This document shows, one piece after another, positions 20,975-28,077 of a stretch of 32,000 nucleotides of DNA. Positions within the stretch are counted from its first letter, which is position 1. Each line of letters opens with the position of its first letter. Location of the stretch: assembly GCF_001457615.1 (NCBI RefSeq), contig NZ_LN831024.1, forward strand, positions 1,680,001-1,712,000. Reading direction: 5' to 3'. A program made the position numbers and the translations under genes. This DNA is from Pseudomonas aeruginosa. GTDB taxonomy: Bacteria > Pseudomonadota > Gammaproteobacteria > Pseudomonadales > Pseudomonadaceae. Under the pieces are notes generated by a model, which ran no database searches, had not been told where the DNA came from, and worked only from the letters and a program-made list of their open reading frames with translations.

Positions 20975-21786
20975 ACGCGGTCTGCGAATCCATCGATGCG
21001 AACCTCGACGCGCGCGATCGGCCGCTGCTCTTGGTGCGTGGCCTGACCCGCCTGTACGGGCCGGAAAAGGGCTGCCAGGAGGTCGACTTCGATCTCTACC
21101 CCGGCGAGGTGCTGGGCATCGTCGGTGAGTCCGGCTCGGGCAAGTCGACCCTGCTCTCGTTGCTCTCCGGGCGCTGTCCGCCGGACGCCGGCACGGTCGC
21201 CTACCGCGACGACGGCGACCGCTGGCTGGACCTCTACGCCGCCAGCGAAGCCGAGCGGCGCACCCTGCTGCGCACCGAGTGGGGCTTCGTCGAGCAGAAC
21301 CCGCGCGACGGCCTGCGCATGGGCGTGTCCGCCGGCGCCAACATCGGCGAACGGCTGATGGCCCAGGGCGTGCGCCACTACGGTCGGCTGCGCCAGGCCG
21401 GGTTGGACTGGCTGGAACAGGTGGAGATCGATCCGCTGCGCATCGACGACCTGCCGCGAACCTTTTCCGGCGGCATGCAGCAGCGCCTGCAGATCGCCCG
21501 CAACCTGGTCTCGGCGCCACGCCTGGTGTTCATGGACGAACCCACCGGCGGCCTCGACGTGTCGGTGCAGGCGCGCCTGCTCGACCTGCTGCGCGGCCTG
21601 GTGCGCGAGCTGGACCTGGCGGTGGTGATCGTCACCCACGACCTGGCGGTGGCGCGCCTGCTCGCCGACCGCCTGATGGTCATGCGCCGTTCGCGGGTGG
21701 TGGAAGCCGGTCTCACCGACCAGATTCTCGACGACCCGCAGCATCCGTACACGCAATTGCTGGTGTCGTCGGTCCTGCAACCCTGA
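20971..21786 (+). CDS. phnK: C-P lyase accessory ABC-type ATPase PhnK
   Basis: Walker A is GESGSGKST, the signature is [15 protein letters not shown] and Walker B is VFMDEP. Confidence 0.9.
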   Translation: MNAVCESIDANLDARDRPLLLVRGLTRLYGPEKGCQEVDFDLYPGEVLGIVGESGSGKSTLLSLLSGRCPPDAGTVAYRDDGDRWLDLYAASEAERRTLLRTEWGFVEQNPRDGLRMGVSAGANIGERLMAQGVRHYGRLRQAGLDWLEQVEIDPLRIDDLPRTFSGGMQQRLQIARNLVSAPRLVFMDEPTGGLDVSVQARLLDLLRGLVRELDLAVVIVTHDLAVARLLADRLMVMRRSRVVEAGLTDQILDDPQHPYTQLLVSSVLQP

Positions 21787-21835
21787 GCCGAAGCGTCGGC
21801 GCCGGTCCGCGCGACGGGCGCCCGGAGAAGTAGCG

Positions 21836-22552
21836 ATGAACAACCTGATCGAGGTCCGCGACCTCAGCAAGACCTTCACCCTGCACCAGCAACAGGGCGT
21901 AGTGCTCAATGTGCTGCGCGGGCTCAACTTCAATGTCGCCGGCGGCGAATGCCTGGTGCTCCACGGACGCTCCGGCGCCGGCAAGAGCACCCTGCTGCGC
22001 ACGCTCTACGGCAACTACCTGCCGGCCGGCGGCAGCATCCGCCTGCGCCACGCCGGCGACTGGCTGGAACTGGTCGGCGCCGAGCCTCGCGAGGTGCTCG
22101 CCGTGCGCCGCCAGACCCTCGGCTACGTCAGCCAGTTCCTGCGGGTGATCCCGCGGGTGGCGACCCTCGACGTGGTCATGGAGCCGGCCCTGGCCCGTGG
22201 CTGGAGCCGCGACAGCGCCGAACTGCGGGCGCGCAGCCTGCTGGCCCGGCTGAACATCCCGGAACGCCTCTGGCAACTGGCGCCGGGCACCTTTTCCGGC
22301 GGCGAGCAGCAACGCGTCAACATTGCCCGCGGCTTCATGGTCGAGTGGCCGATCCTGCTGCTCGACGAGCCGACCGCGTCCCTCGACGAAGCCAACCGCC
22401 AGGTAGTGCTGGAACTGATCGGCGAAGCCAAGGGCGCCGGCGCCGCGTTGATCGGCATCTTCCACGACCGCGCCGCCCGCGAGGCGGTGGCCAGCCGCTA
22501 CCTGGACATGAGCCAGGAGCTTTCCCGCCAGGAGCAAGCCCATGTCGTCTGA
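21836..22552 (+). CDS. phnL: C-P lyase accessory ABC-type ATPase PhnL
   Basis: Walker A is GRSGAGKST, the signature is [15 protein letters not shown] and Walker B is LLLDEP. Confidence 0.9.
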   Translation: MNNLIEVRDLSKTFTLHQQQGVVLNVLRGLNFNVAGGECLVLHGRSGAGKSTLLRTLYGNYLPAGGSIRLRHAGDWLELVGAEPREVLAVRRQTLGYVSQFLRVIPRVATLDVVMEPALARGWSRDSAELRARSLLARLNIPERLWQLAPGTFSGGEQQRVNIARGFMVEWPILLLDEPTASLDEANRQVVLELIGEAKGAGAALIGIFHDRAAREAVASRYLDMSQELSRQEQAHVV

Positions 22553-23705
22553 ACGCGTTCTCAGCAATGCCCGGGTAGTCAGCGCCGAGCGGGTCTTCGT
22601 CGGCAGCGTGCTGCTGCGCGACGGCCTGATCGCCGCGGTCGACGAAGGCCGCAGCCACCTGGCCGGGGCCGAGGACCTGGGGGGCGACTACCTGCTGCCC
22701 GGCCTGGTCGAGCTGCACACCGACAACCTGGAGAAGCACATGACCCCGCGTCCCGGCGTCGACTGGCCGTCGGCCTCGGCGGTGCTGGCGCACGACGCGC
22801 AGATCGTCGCCGCGGGAATCACCACGGTGTTCGACGCGCTGTCCATCGGCGACGTCAACCCCAAGGGCAAGCGCATGCAGCAGTTGCCGAAGATGCTCGA
22901 GGCCATCGGCGAGGCCGCCGCCAGCGGCGACGCGCGCGCCGACCATCGCCTGCACCTGCGTTGCGAGGTCAGCCATCCGCAGACGCTGGAGGTGTTCCGC
23001 GAACTGGCCGAGCATCCGCTGGTGCAACTGGTCTCGGTGATGGACCACGCCCCCGGCCAGCGCCAGTTCGCCAGGCTGGAGAAGTACCGCGAGTACTACC
23101 AGGGCAAGTACCACCTGAGCGATGCCGAGATGGACGCCTTCATCGTCGAGCAGGTAGCCAACTCCGAGCGCTACAGCGACGCCGCCCGTGCGGCCATCGT
23201 CGATGTCTGCCAGGGACGCGGCCTGTCGGTGGCCAGCCATGACGACGCGACCCTCGCGCATGTCCGCGAGTCGGCCGGCTACGGCATGGCCATCGCCGAG
23301 TTCCCGACCACCGTGGAGGCCGCCAGGGCCAGCCACGAGCACGGCCTGCAGGTGCTGATGGGCGCGCCCAACGTGGTCCGCGGCGGTTCCCACTCGGGCA
23401 ACGTGGCGGCGGCGCAACTGGCGGGAATCGGCGTGCTGGATATCCTTTCCAGCGACTACTATCCGGCCAGCCTGCTGCATGCGGCCTTGCTGCTCGCCGG
23501 CGAGCACAGCGAGTATGATGCGATCCGCTACGACCTGCCGCGCGCGGTGGCGATGGTCAGCCGTACCCCGGCGCTGGCCGCCGGGCTGACCGATCGTGGC
23601 GAAATCCGCGTCGGCCTGCGCGCCGATCTGCTGCAGGCGCGGGCGCTCGGCAATAACCAGCCGGTGGTGCGTCAGGTCTGGCGCGGCGGGCAGAGAGTGT
23701 TCTGA
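22542..23705 (+). CDS. phnM: Amidohydrolase-family RPnTP diphosphatase PhnM
   Basis: 387-aa ORF with the metal-binding motif ELHTDN. It is in the operon position and overlaps phnL by 11 nt. Confidence 0.9.
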   Translation: MSSERVLSNARVVSAERVFVGSVLLRDGLIAAVDEGRSHLAGAEDLGGDYLLPGLVELHTDNLEKHMTPRPGVDWPSASAVLAHDAQIVAAGITTVFDALSIGDVNPKGKRMQQLPKMLEAIGEAAASGDARADHRLHLRCEVSHPQTLEVFRELAEHPLVQLVSVMDHAPGQRQFARLEKYREYYQGKYHLSDAEMDAFIVEQVANSERYSDAARAAIVDVCQGRGLSVASHDDATLAHVRESAGYGMAIAEFPTTVEAARASHEHGLQVLMGAPNVVRGGSHSGNVAAAQLAGIGVLDILSSDYYPASLLHAALLLAGEHSEYDAIRYDLPRAVAMVSRTPALAAGLTDRGEIRVGLRADLLQARALGNNQPVVRQVWRGGQRVF

Positions 23706-24262
23706 TGACAGGCAGACTGATTTATCTGATGGGGCCTTCCGGCTCGGGCAAGGACAGCCTGTTGCAGGCCGCGCGCGAGCCCCTGGCGCTGCGCGGCTGC
23801 CGTATCGTGCGGCGGGTGATCACGCGCTCCGCGGAAGCGGTGGGGGAGGACGCCCAGGCGGTGACCCCGGCGCAGTTCGACACCCTCGAGCGGGCCTCGG
23901 CGTTTGCCATGAGCTGGCGCGCCAACGGCCTTTGCTATGGCATTCCGGTGCAGATCGACGAGTGGCTGGCGCAGGGCTACGACGTGCTGGTGAACGGCTC
24001 GCGCGGCTACCTGGCGCAGGCCCGCCGGCGCTATCCGGATCTGCTCGCGGTCCTGCTCGGGGTGAAAACCGAGGTGCTGCGCCAGCGCCTGCTGGCGCGC
24101 GGCCGGGAAAGCCCCGAGGAAATCGAGGCGCGCCTGGCGCGCAACGCCGAGTTCGCCGCCGGCCTGGAGGGCCCGCTGTTCCAACTGGACAACTCCGGTG
24201 ACCTCGACGACACGCTACGCAGCCTCCTGGCCCGTCTCGGCAGCGACCGCGCATGCGCCTGA
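23705..24262 (+). CDS. phnN: Ribose 1,5-bisphosphate phosphokinase PhnN
   Basis: P-loop GPSGSGKDS. The ATG overlaps the phnM TGA. Confidence 0.9.
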   Translation: MTGRLIYLMGPSGSGKDSLLQAAREPLALRGCRIVRRVITRSAEAVGEDAQAVTPAQFDTLERASAFAMSWRANGLCYGIPVQIDEWLAQGYDVLVNGSRGYLAQARRRYPDLLAVLLGVKTEVLRQRLLARGRESPEEIEARLARNAEFAAGLEGPLFQLDNSGDLDDTLRSLLARLGSDRACA

Positions 24263-25023
24263 CCCTGCTCGGCACCGGCGACGCCCGCCAGGTGCCGGTC
24301 TACGGTTGCGATTGCCCGGCCTGTCGCAACGCCCGCGCCGACGCCGGCCTGCGTCGCCGTCCCTGTAGCGCGCTGCTGGAGTGCGCCGGCCAGCGCTGGC
24401 TGATCGACAGCGGCCTGGTCGATCTCTGCGAGCGCTTCCCGCCCCATAGCCTCGACGGCATCCTCCAGACCCATTACCACGCCGACCACGCCCAAGGCCT
24501 GCTGCACCTGCGCTGGGGCCAGGGCCTGGTGATCCCGGTGCACGGCCCGGCCGACCCGGAGGGCCTCGCCGACCTCTACAAGCATCCGGGCATCCTCGAT
24601 TTCAGCCAGCCCTTCGGCGCCTTCGAGCGGCGCCAGTGGGGCGCGCTGGCGGCGACCGCGCTACCGCTGGTCCACTCGAAGCCGACCTTCGGCTACTTGC
24701 TGGAGGGGGCTTCCGAGGAAGGAACGATACGGCGTCTGGCCTACCTCACCGATACCGTCGGGCTGCCGGCGGACAGCGCCTCGCGATTGCTCGCGGCTCC
24801 GCTGGACCTGCTGGTGCTGGACTGCTCGATGCCGCCGCAGGAGCGGCCGCCGCGCAACCACAACGACCTGACGCGGGCACTGGAGTGCATCGAATCGCTG
24901 CGTCCCCGGCGGGCCGTGTTGACTCACGTCGGGCATGCGCTGGACGCCTGGCTGCTGGACCACCCCGCTGCGTTGCCCGAGGGGGTGGAACTGGCACACG
25001 ACGGCATGTGCCTGCCGCTGTGA
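24253..25023 (+). CDS. phnP: Metallo-beta-lactamase fold phosphoribosyl cyclic phosphodiesterase PhnP
   Basis: It has the HYHADH motif and an N-terminal Cys cluster (CDCPAC). It is the last gene of the operon and overlaps phnN by 10 nt. Confidence 0.9.
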   Translation: MRLTLLGTGDARQVPVYGCDCPACRNARADAGLRRRPCSALLECAGQRWLIDSGLVDLCERFPPHSLDGILQTHYHADHAQGLLHLRWGQGLVIPVHGPADPEGLADLYKHPGILDFSQPFGAFERRQWGALAATALPLVHSKPTFGYLLEGASEEGTIRRLAYLTDTVGLPADSASRLLAAPLDLLVLDCSMPPQERPPRNHNDLTRALECIESLRPRRAVLTHVGHALDAWLLDHPAALPEGVELAHDGMCLPL

Positions 25024-25061
25024 GCGACGCTGTAGCGCCCGGCAAGGCGTTGTGGGCGAAA

Positions 25062-25247
25062 TCAGTCCAGGCTGGGATCGAAGCGGATTCGCCGACCTAC
25101 CACCAGCGCAAACAGCAGCCAGGCGCCGGATATACCCAGCAGTCCCCAGGCGCACCAGGCGAGGAGGGTGGCGTCGGGCGGCAGGCTCAGCGCCAGGATC
25201 GCGCTGGCGATCACCACGAACAGAAGAATGACGGCGGATCGTGACAT
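25062..25247 (-). CDS. Small hydrophobic protein (61 aa, two predicted TM helices)
   Basis: ATG is preceded by GGGAGTG. The sequence is strongly hydrophobic (AVILLFVVIASAILAL, GLLGISGAWLLFALVV). No family was recognised. Confidence 0.5.
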   Translation of the reverse strand: MSRSAVILLFVVIASAILALSLPPDATLLAWCAWGLLGISGAWLLFALVVGRRIRFDPSLD

Positions 25248-25298
25248 GGTTTCACTCCCGGAGCCCTCTCCGTCGGGCTCGCTGTTCCTTGTGCCGGC

Positions 25299-25445
25299 TC
25301 AGTGGCGCCGAGGTTCCGTGGCGCCCTTGTCGCTCAGCGGAAGCCTCGCTGGATATTCTTCTCCTCCGCGCTCTATCAGCCAGAGCAGCCCGTAGACGCC
25401 GACCGAAAGGGCCAGGGCGGTCAGCGGCAAAGCCAGGATCCACAT
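25299..25445 (-). CDS. Very small membrane protein (48 aa, one TM), absent from the supplied ORF track
   Basis: My own translation gives MWILALPLTALALSVGVYGLLWLIERGGEEYPARLPLSDKGATEPRRH. The ATG at 25445 is preceded by AAGGGAGAAAG at good spacing. Confidence 0.45.
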   Translation of the reverse strand: MWILALPLTALALSVGVYGLLWLIERGGEEYPARLPLSDKGATEPRRH

Positions 25446-25533
25446 GTTCTTTCTCCCTTCCGCCCGCCAGCATCCCGGGGACCTGTGCGGCGGTGTAGCG
25501 TCGTTGGATGCCGGTCTCCCGGCGCTTGCTTCG

Positions 25534-25812
25534 TCAGAATGTCCAGGCCTGTTCGTCGGCCGCGGTCACCAGCGCCGTGCCGCGCTCGTCCTCGCCTACG
25601 GTGACGATGCGCGGGGATTCTTCGGGCGCCTGGATCACCAGTCGCTGCGCAGCGGGTGCCCACTGCGGTGTTGCGTTGCTGTCCAGCACTACCGGCTTTT
25701 CGCCGTTGCGTTCCTGCGTCCTGTCCTCGTCGCCCAGTGCGCTGTTCTGGAAGACTACGAGAGCCAGCAGGGAAAGAAGTCCGGTGCCGACCAGGTTGCG
25801 TGAGCTGCTCAT
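25534..25812 (-). CDS. Small secreted acidic protein (92 aa precursor)
   Basis: ATG at 25812 lies 4 nt after GGAGGTG. The signal peptide is MSSSRNLVGTGLLSLLALVVFQNSALG. The mature part is acidic and no family was recognised. Confidence 0.55.
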   Translation of the reverse strand: MSSSRNLVGTGLLSLLALVVFQNSALGDEDRTQERNGEKPVVLDSNATPQWAPAAQRLVIQAPEESPRIVTVGEDERGTALVTAADEQAWTF

Positions 25813-25874
25813 GTTCACCTCCATTTCGTAGCTTTGCCAGGCAGATGGCCAAGGTTTGATCCTGAGGGTCTTGT

Positions 25875-25890
25875 AGCAGCGGTTGTGCCA
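25875..25890 (-). promoter_or_regulatory. Candidate sigma54 (RpoN) -24/-12 promoter
   Basis: The minus strand reads TGGCACAACCGCTGCT, against the consensus TGGCAC-N5-TTGCW. The GG and GC are at the canonical spacing with one mismatch in the -12 element. It lies about 63 nt upstream of the 25812 start. Confidence 0.5.
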
Positions 25891-25916
25891 ACTTTTTTCT
25901 ATAAAAAATCCTTTTA

Positions 25917-25929
25917 AATCAATGAATTA
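25917..25929. promoter_or_regulatory. IHF-consensus-like site in an AT-rich tract
   Basis: AATCAATGAATTA fits WATCAANNNNTTR. It sits in the AT-rich stretch between the candidate sigma54 promoter and the upstream dyad. Confidence 0.35.
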
Positions 25930-25972
25930 TATATGTGTCCGAGACTCTCTCGCATGCACTTTGCACGGATGG

Positions 25973-25995
25973 GCATTTTGCCGGTTGCAAAATGC
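25973..25995. promoter_or_regulatory. Perfect 9-bp inverted repeat, a candidate enhancer (UAS)
   Basis: GCATTTTGC-CGGTT-GCAAAATGC is centred about 105 bp upstream of the -12 element. It also lies 10 nt beyond the GNAT stop, but it is AT-rich with no U-tract, so it would be a poor terminator. Confidence 0.35.
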
Positions 25996-26004
25996 ATGAT
26001 GCTG

Positions 26005-26523
26005 TCAGCCCAGATGCAGCGCCAGGCTTACGCCGTGGCTGGTGAACCCTAGCGCGGCATAGAAGCGCTGCGCGGTTTCCCGGTCCTGGTGGCTGGAAAG
26101 CGCCAGTTTGTAGCAGCCCCAACTGCGCGCGCGCTCCACGGCCCGGCCGATCAGCTCGCGGCCTACGCCCTGGCCGCGGGCGTGGCGGTCGACCACCATG
26201 TCTTCGAGAATCGCCGAGCGGGCGAAATCGTGCGCCAGGTGTTCGATCAGATGCAGGGTGCAGGTGCCGAGCAGGCGCTCGCCGCGCTCGGCCACCAGGG
26301 TGACCCGGTCGCCGCGCGGTCGTTGCAGCTGGATGGCCAGCAACGCCGGGTCCGGGCGCGGATCGGCGCTACCGAGTTGCTGTAGCAGCAACGACAGGCG
26401 CGGCGCGTCGTGCTCGCTGGCGATCCGCACATCGAAGCTGGCGAAGGGGGAGTCCGGTATCCGCGGCTGGCGCGGGGCGTCCGGCAGGTCCTGTGCGGCG
26501 GGAATGGCGACGGTCTGGTTCAT
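26005..26523 (-). CDS. GNAT-family N-acetyltransferase
   Basis: ATG at 26523 follows GGAGGTG. The acetyl-CoA motif is VVDRHARGQGVGRELIGRAVERA and the C-terminus contains RFYAALGF. The track ORF extension to 26733 runs antisense through the tRNA and is rejected. Confidence 0.8.
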   Translation of the reverse strand: MNQTVAIPAAQDLPDAPRQPRIPDSPFASFDVRIASEHDAPRLSLLLQQLGSADPRPDPALLAIQLQRPRGDRVTLVAERGERLLGTCTLHLIEHLAHDFARSAILEDMVVDRHARGQGVGRELIGRAVERARSWGCYKLALSSHQDRETAQRFYAALGFTSHGVSLALHLG

Positions 26524-26642
26524 GCTGCACCTCCAGGGTTGCGGAAAATTATGCGCAGCCTTGGTGGCAGTGGCATGACAAACGCTTTCTCTGCCGTTAA
26601 CATGCCGCCCGGACGCGGCGCACCGCTCGCCATGTCCGGCGT

Positions 26643-26719
26643 GTCCCGGTAGCTCAATTGGATAGAGCATCCCCCTCCTAAGGGGAAGGTTGGAGGTTCG
26701 ACCCCTCTCCGGGACGCCA
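26643..26719 (+). tRNA. tRNA-Arg (anticodon CCT)
   Basis: A hand-folded 77-nt cloverleaf. Acceptor stem is GTCCCGG/CCGGGAC and the D arm is GCTC-AATTGGATA-GAGC. The anticodon arm is TCCCC-CTCCTAA-GGGGA with anticodon CCT. The T arm is GGAGG-TTCGACC-CCTCT, followed by discriminator G and an encoded CCA. Confidence 0.9.
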
Positions 26720-26800
26720 AATATATCGGGCACTTACCGCAAATCGCTTCTCCTGGGCCAGTTCTTTGTCGGGGCATGGTGGGTGCAGTAAGCCTAAAAG

Positions 26801-26836
26801 AAAGCCCCGTCCTGAATCGCTCAGACGGGGCTTTTC
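26801..26836. terminator. Hairpin terminator downstream of tRNA-Arg (usable in both directions)
   Basis: 11-bp perfect stem AAAGCCCCGTC / GACGGGGCTTT with a 12-nt loop. It is followed by T-runs on both strands (CTTTTCC on plus, TTTCTTTTAGG on minus). Confidence 0.65.
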
Positions 26837-27035
26837 CATGCCAGCTCAAATGTCTGTCGTCAGCGCCAGCAGGACAACCGGGTGGCCTGCGCCGCTCCCG
26901 GTAAGCTCGATCCTCGCTTTCCCTTCTCATCGCGACCTTCGCGCGCATCTTAATCCTCCGAATACCCTACCAAGCGCATCGCTGGATGCAGCTTCGAGAT
27001 CTTTCACCTTCATCGAGAGCACGTCCTCATTGTGG

Positions 27036-27557
27036 TTTTCCGGGCAGTTCTAGCCTAGTGCCATTACGTCGAGGTTTGGGCTCGATGTGATGGTGTGCCT
27101 GAGGGCGGTGCCGGCAGATCGCATCCAGGCGGATGAGGTGCTGGAGATAGGCGGAATTTTCCGCCGATCAGGAGGGACCAGAAACTTTCCGGACTCTGGC
27201 CGTAGGGGGAGTGCGGAATCATTGCAGATCCTGGCCAAGCCATGCCGGAAAATCTTCCGGTACATGGCGGGAAAGTCTCCGGCACATGCGACGGGCACGC
27301 TTTTGTACCCGTATCGGGAGGGATCCCTCGGCGGTGGGTCCGACAAGGTAGGTTTTTCTCACTTTCCCCCATTAGTAGTGGTCGTGATCTGCGGTGCCTG
27401 ACTGTCTCCTCAAAATTGTGGGCACGGTCGCGCGACCCTCTCCTGAAAATTCAGGAATTTCGTCCCCAGCTCAAAAGAACGTTTTGCGTCCTTTAGCCAG
27501 TGCGAGATACCGGGAGTTTTCCTGCATTGCAGGAGATCCGAACTGGCGATTTTCCGG
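27036..27557. repeat. Cluster of TTTTCCGG-core motifs and GGAA-N(2-4)-TTCC palindromes in non-coding DNA
   Basis: Exact 8-mers are at 27036-27043, 27245-27252 (reverse complement) and 27550-27557. One-mismatch copies are at 27157-27164, 27185-27192, 27253-27260 and 27517-27524. Dyads are GGCGGAA-TT-TTCCGCC (27150-27165), CCGGAA-AATC-TTCCGG (27245-27260), TCCTGAA-AA-TTCAGGA (27441-27456) and TCCTGC-ATT-GCAGGA (27520-27534). Confidence 0.6.
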
Positions 27558-28077
27558 TTTGGCCGGGGTGTCGTTTCATCGTCCTTGGGCATAGCGGGAC
27601 GGTATCCTCATTGGCCGTCCTCCATTGGAGTTTTTGCCCCCGACGGTGGCCGCAAGGCAGGCCGACTGCTCCACCTCGTCCGAGGTCGGTAGATTCCTGG
27701 CTTAATCACCTTGGCCGCGCGCTTGCTCCCGTCTGGATCACGGACAGAAATTTGCGTAAACGCCGTCGGTTCTTAAGACTGGCTCACGGAATACAGTGAA
27801 CATCTATACGAAACTCGACTGCCGGATATGATCGGCACTGGATTTGGGGCGAATAGTAAGCCGGGTAGATGATCGAGGGGGCTTCATTGGCGAACAGGGA
27901 TGTGGCAGGAAATGGAGGTTCTTTGTAGGTGCTCATCAAATTCCGCTCGACTTTCTAACAGCGAGACGCGAGAGAGTGGGCTGGGCGCGCTAAGCACGTC
28001 CACGAATCACTCTGCACCATGTTTGTCCGGTTTCGCAGTTGCGGGCCGGGCTTTTTATTGTCCCGGAGAAAGGATAG

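Noticed and set aside
26524-26733. N-terminal extension of the GNAT ORF up to 26733, as given in the ORF track
   Set aside because: The extension is the antisense translation of tRNA-Arg. A strong SD (GGAGGTG) precedes the internal ATG at 26523, and the GNAT domain is complete from there.
26520-26948. 142-aa minus-strand ORF with a good GGAGG SD at 26955-26959
   Set aside because: It reads straight through a strong terminator hairpin (26801-26836) and antisense through the whole tRNA-Arg gene. The product is Arg-rich with no recognisable fold. At most a short 5' fragment of some decayed gene could be real.
26720-27100. Tyrosine integrase or its remnant next to tRNA-Arg
   Set aside because: I read all six frames and found no integrase-like N-terminal or catalytic (R..HxxR..Y) segments. 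Absence cannot be proven without BLASTX, so the region is reported only as unexplained.
27036-27557. Possibility that the repeated motifs form a CRISPR array or tandem repeat
   Set aside because: The repeats are only about 8-16 bp, irregularly spaced and in both orientations. There is no 28-37 bp direct repeat with uniform spacers and no unit-length periodicity.
27781-27936. 52-codon minus-strand ORF (MSTYKEPPFPATSLFANEAPSIIYPAYYSPQIQ...) upstream of rhs
   Set aside because: It has no convincing SD, no recognisable family and a composition typical of the surrounding non-coding DNA. It is too weak to call.
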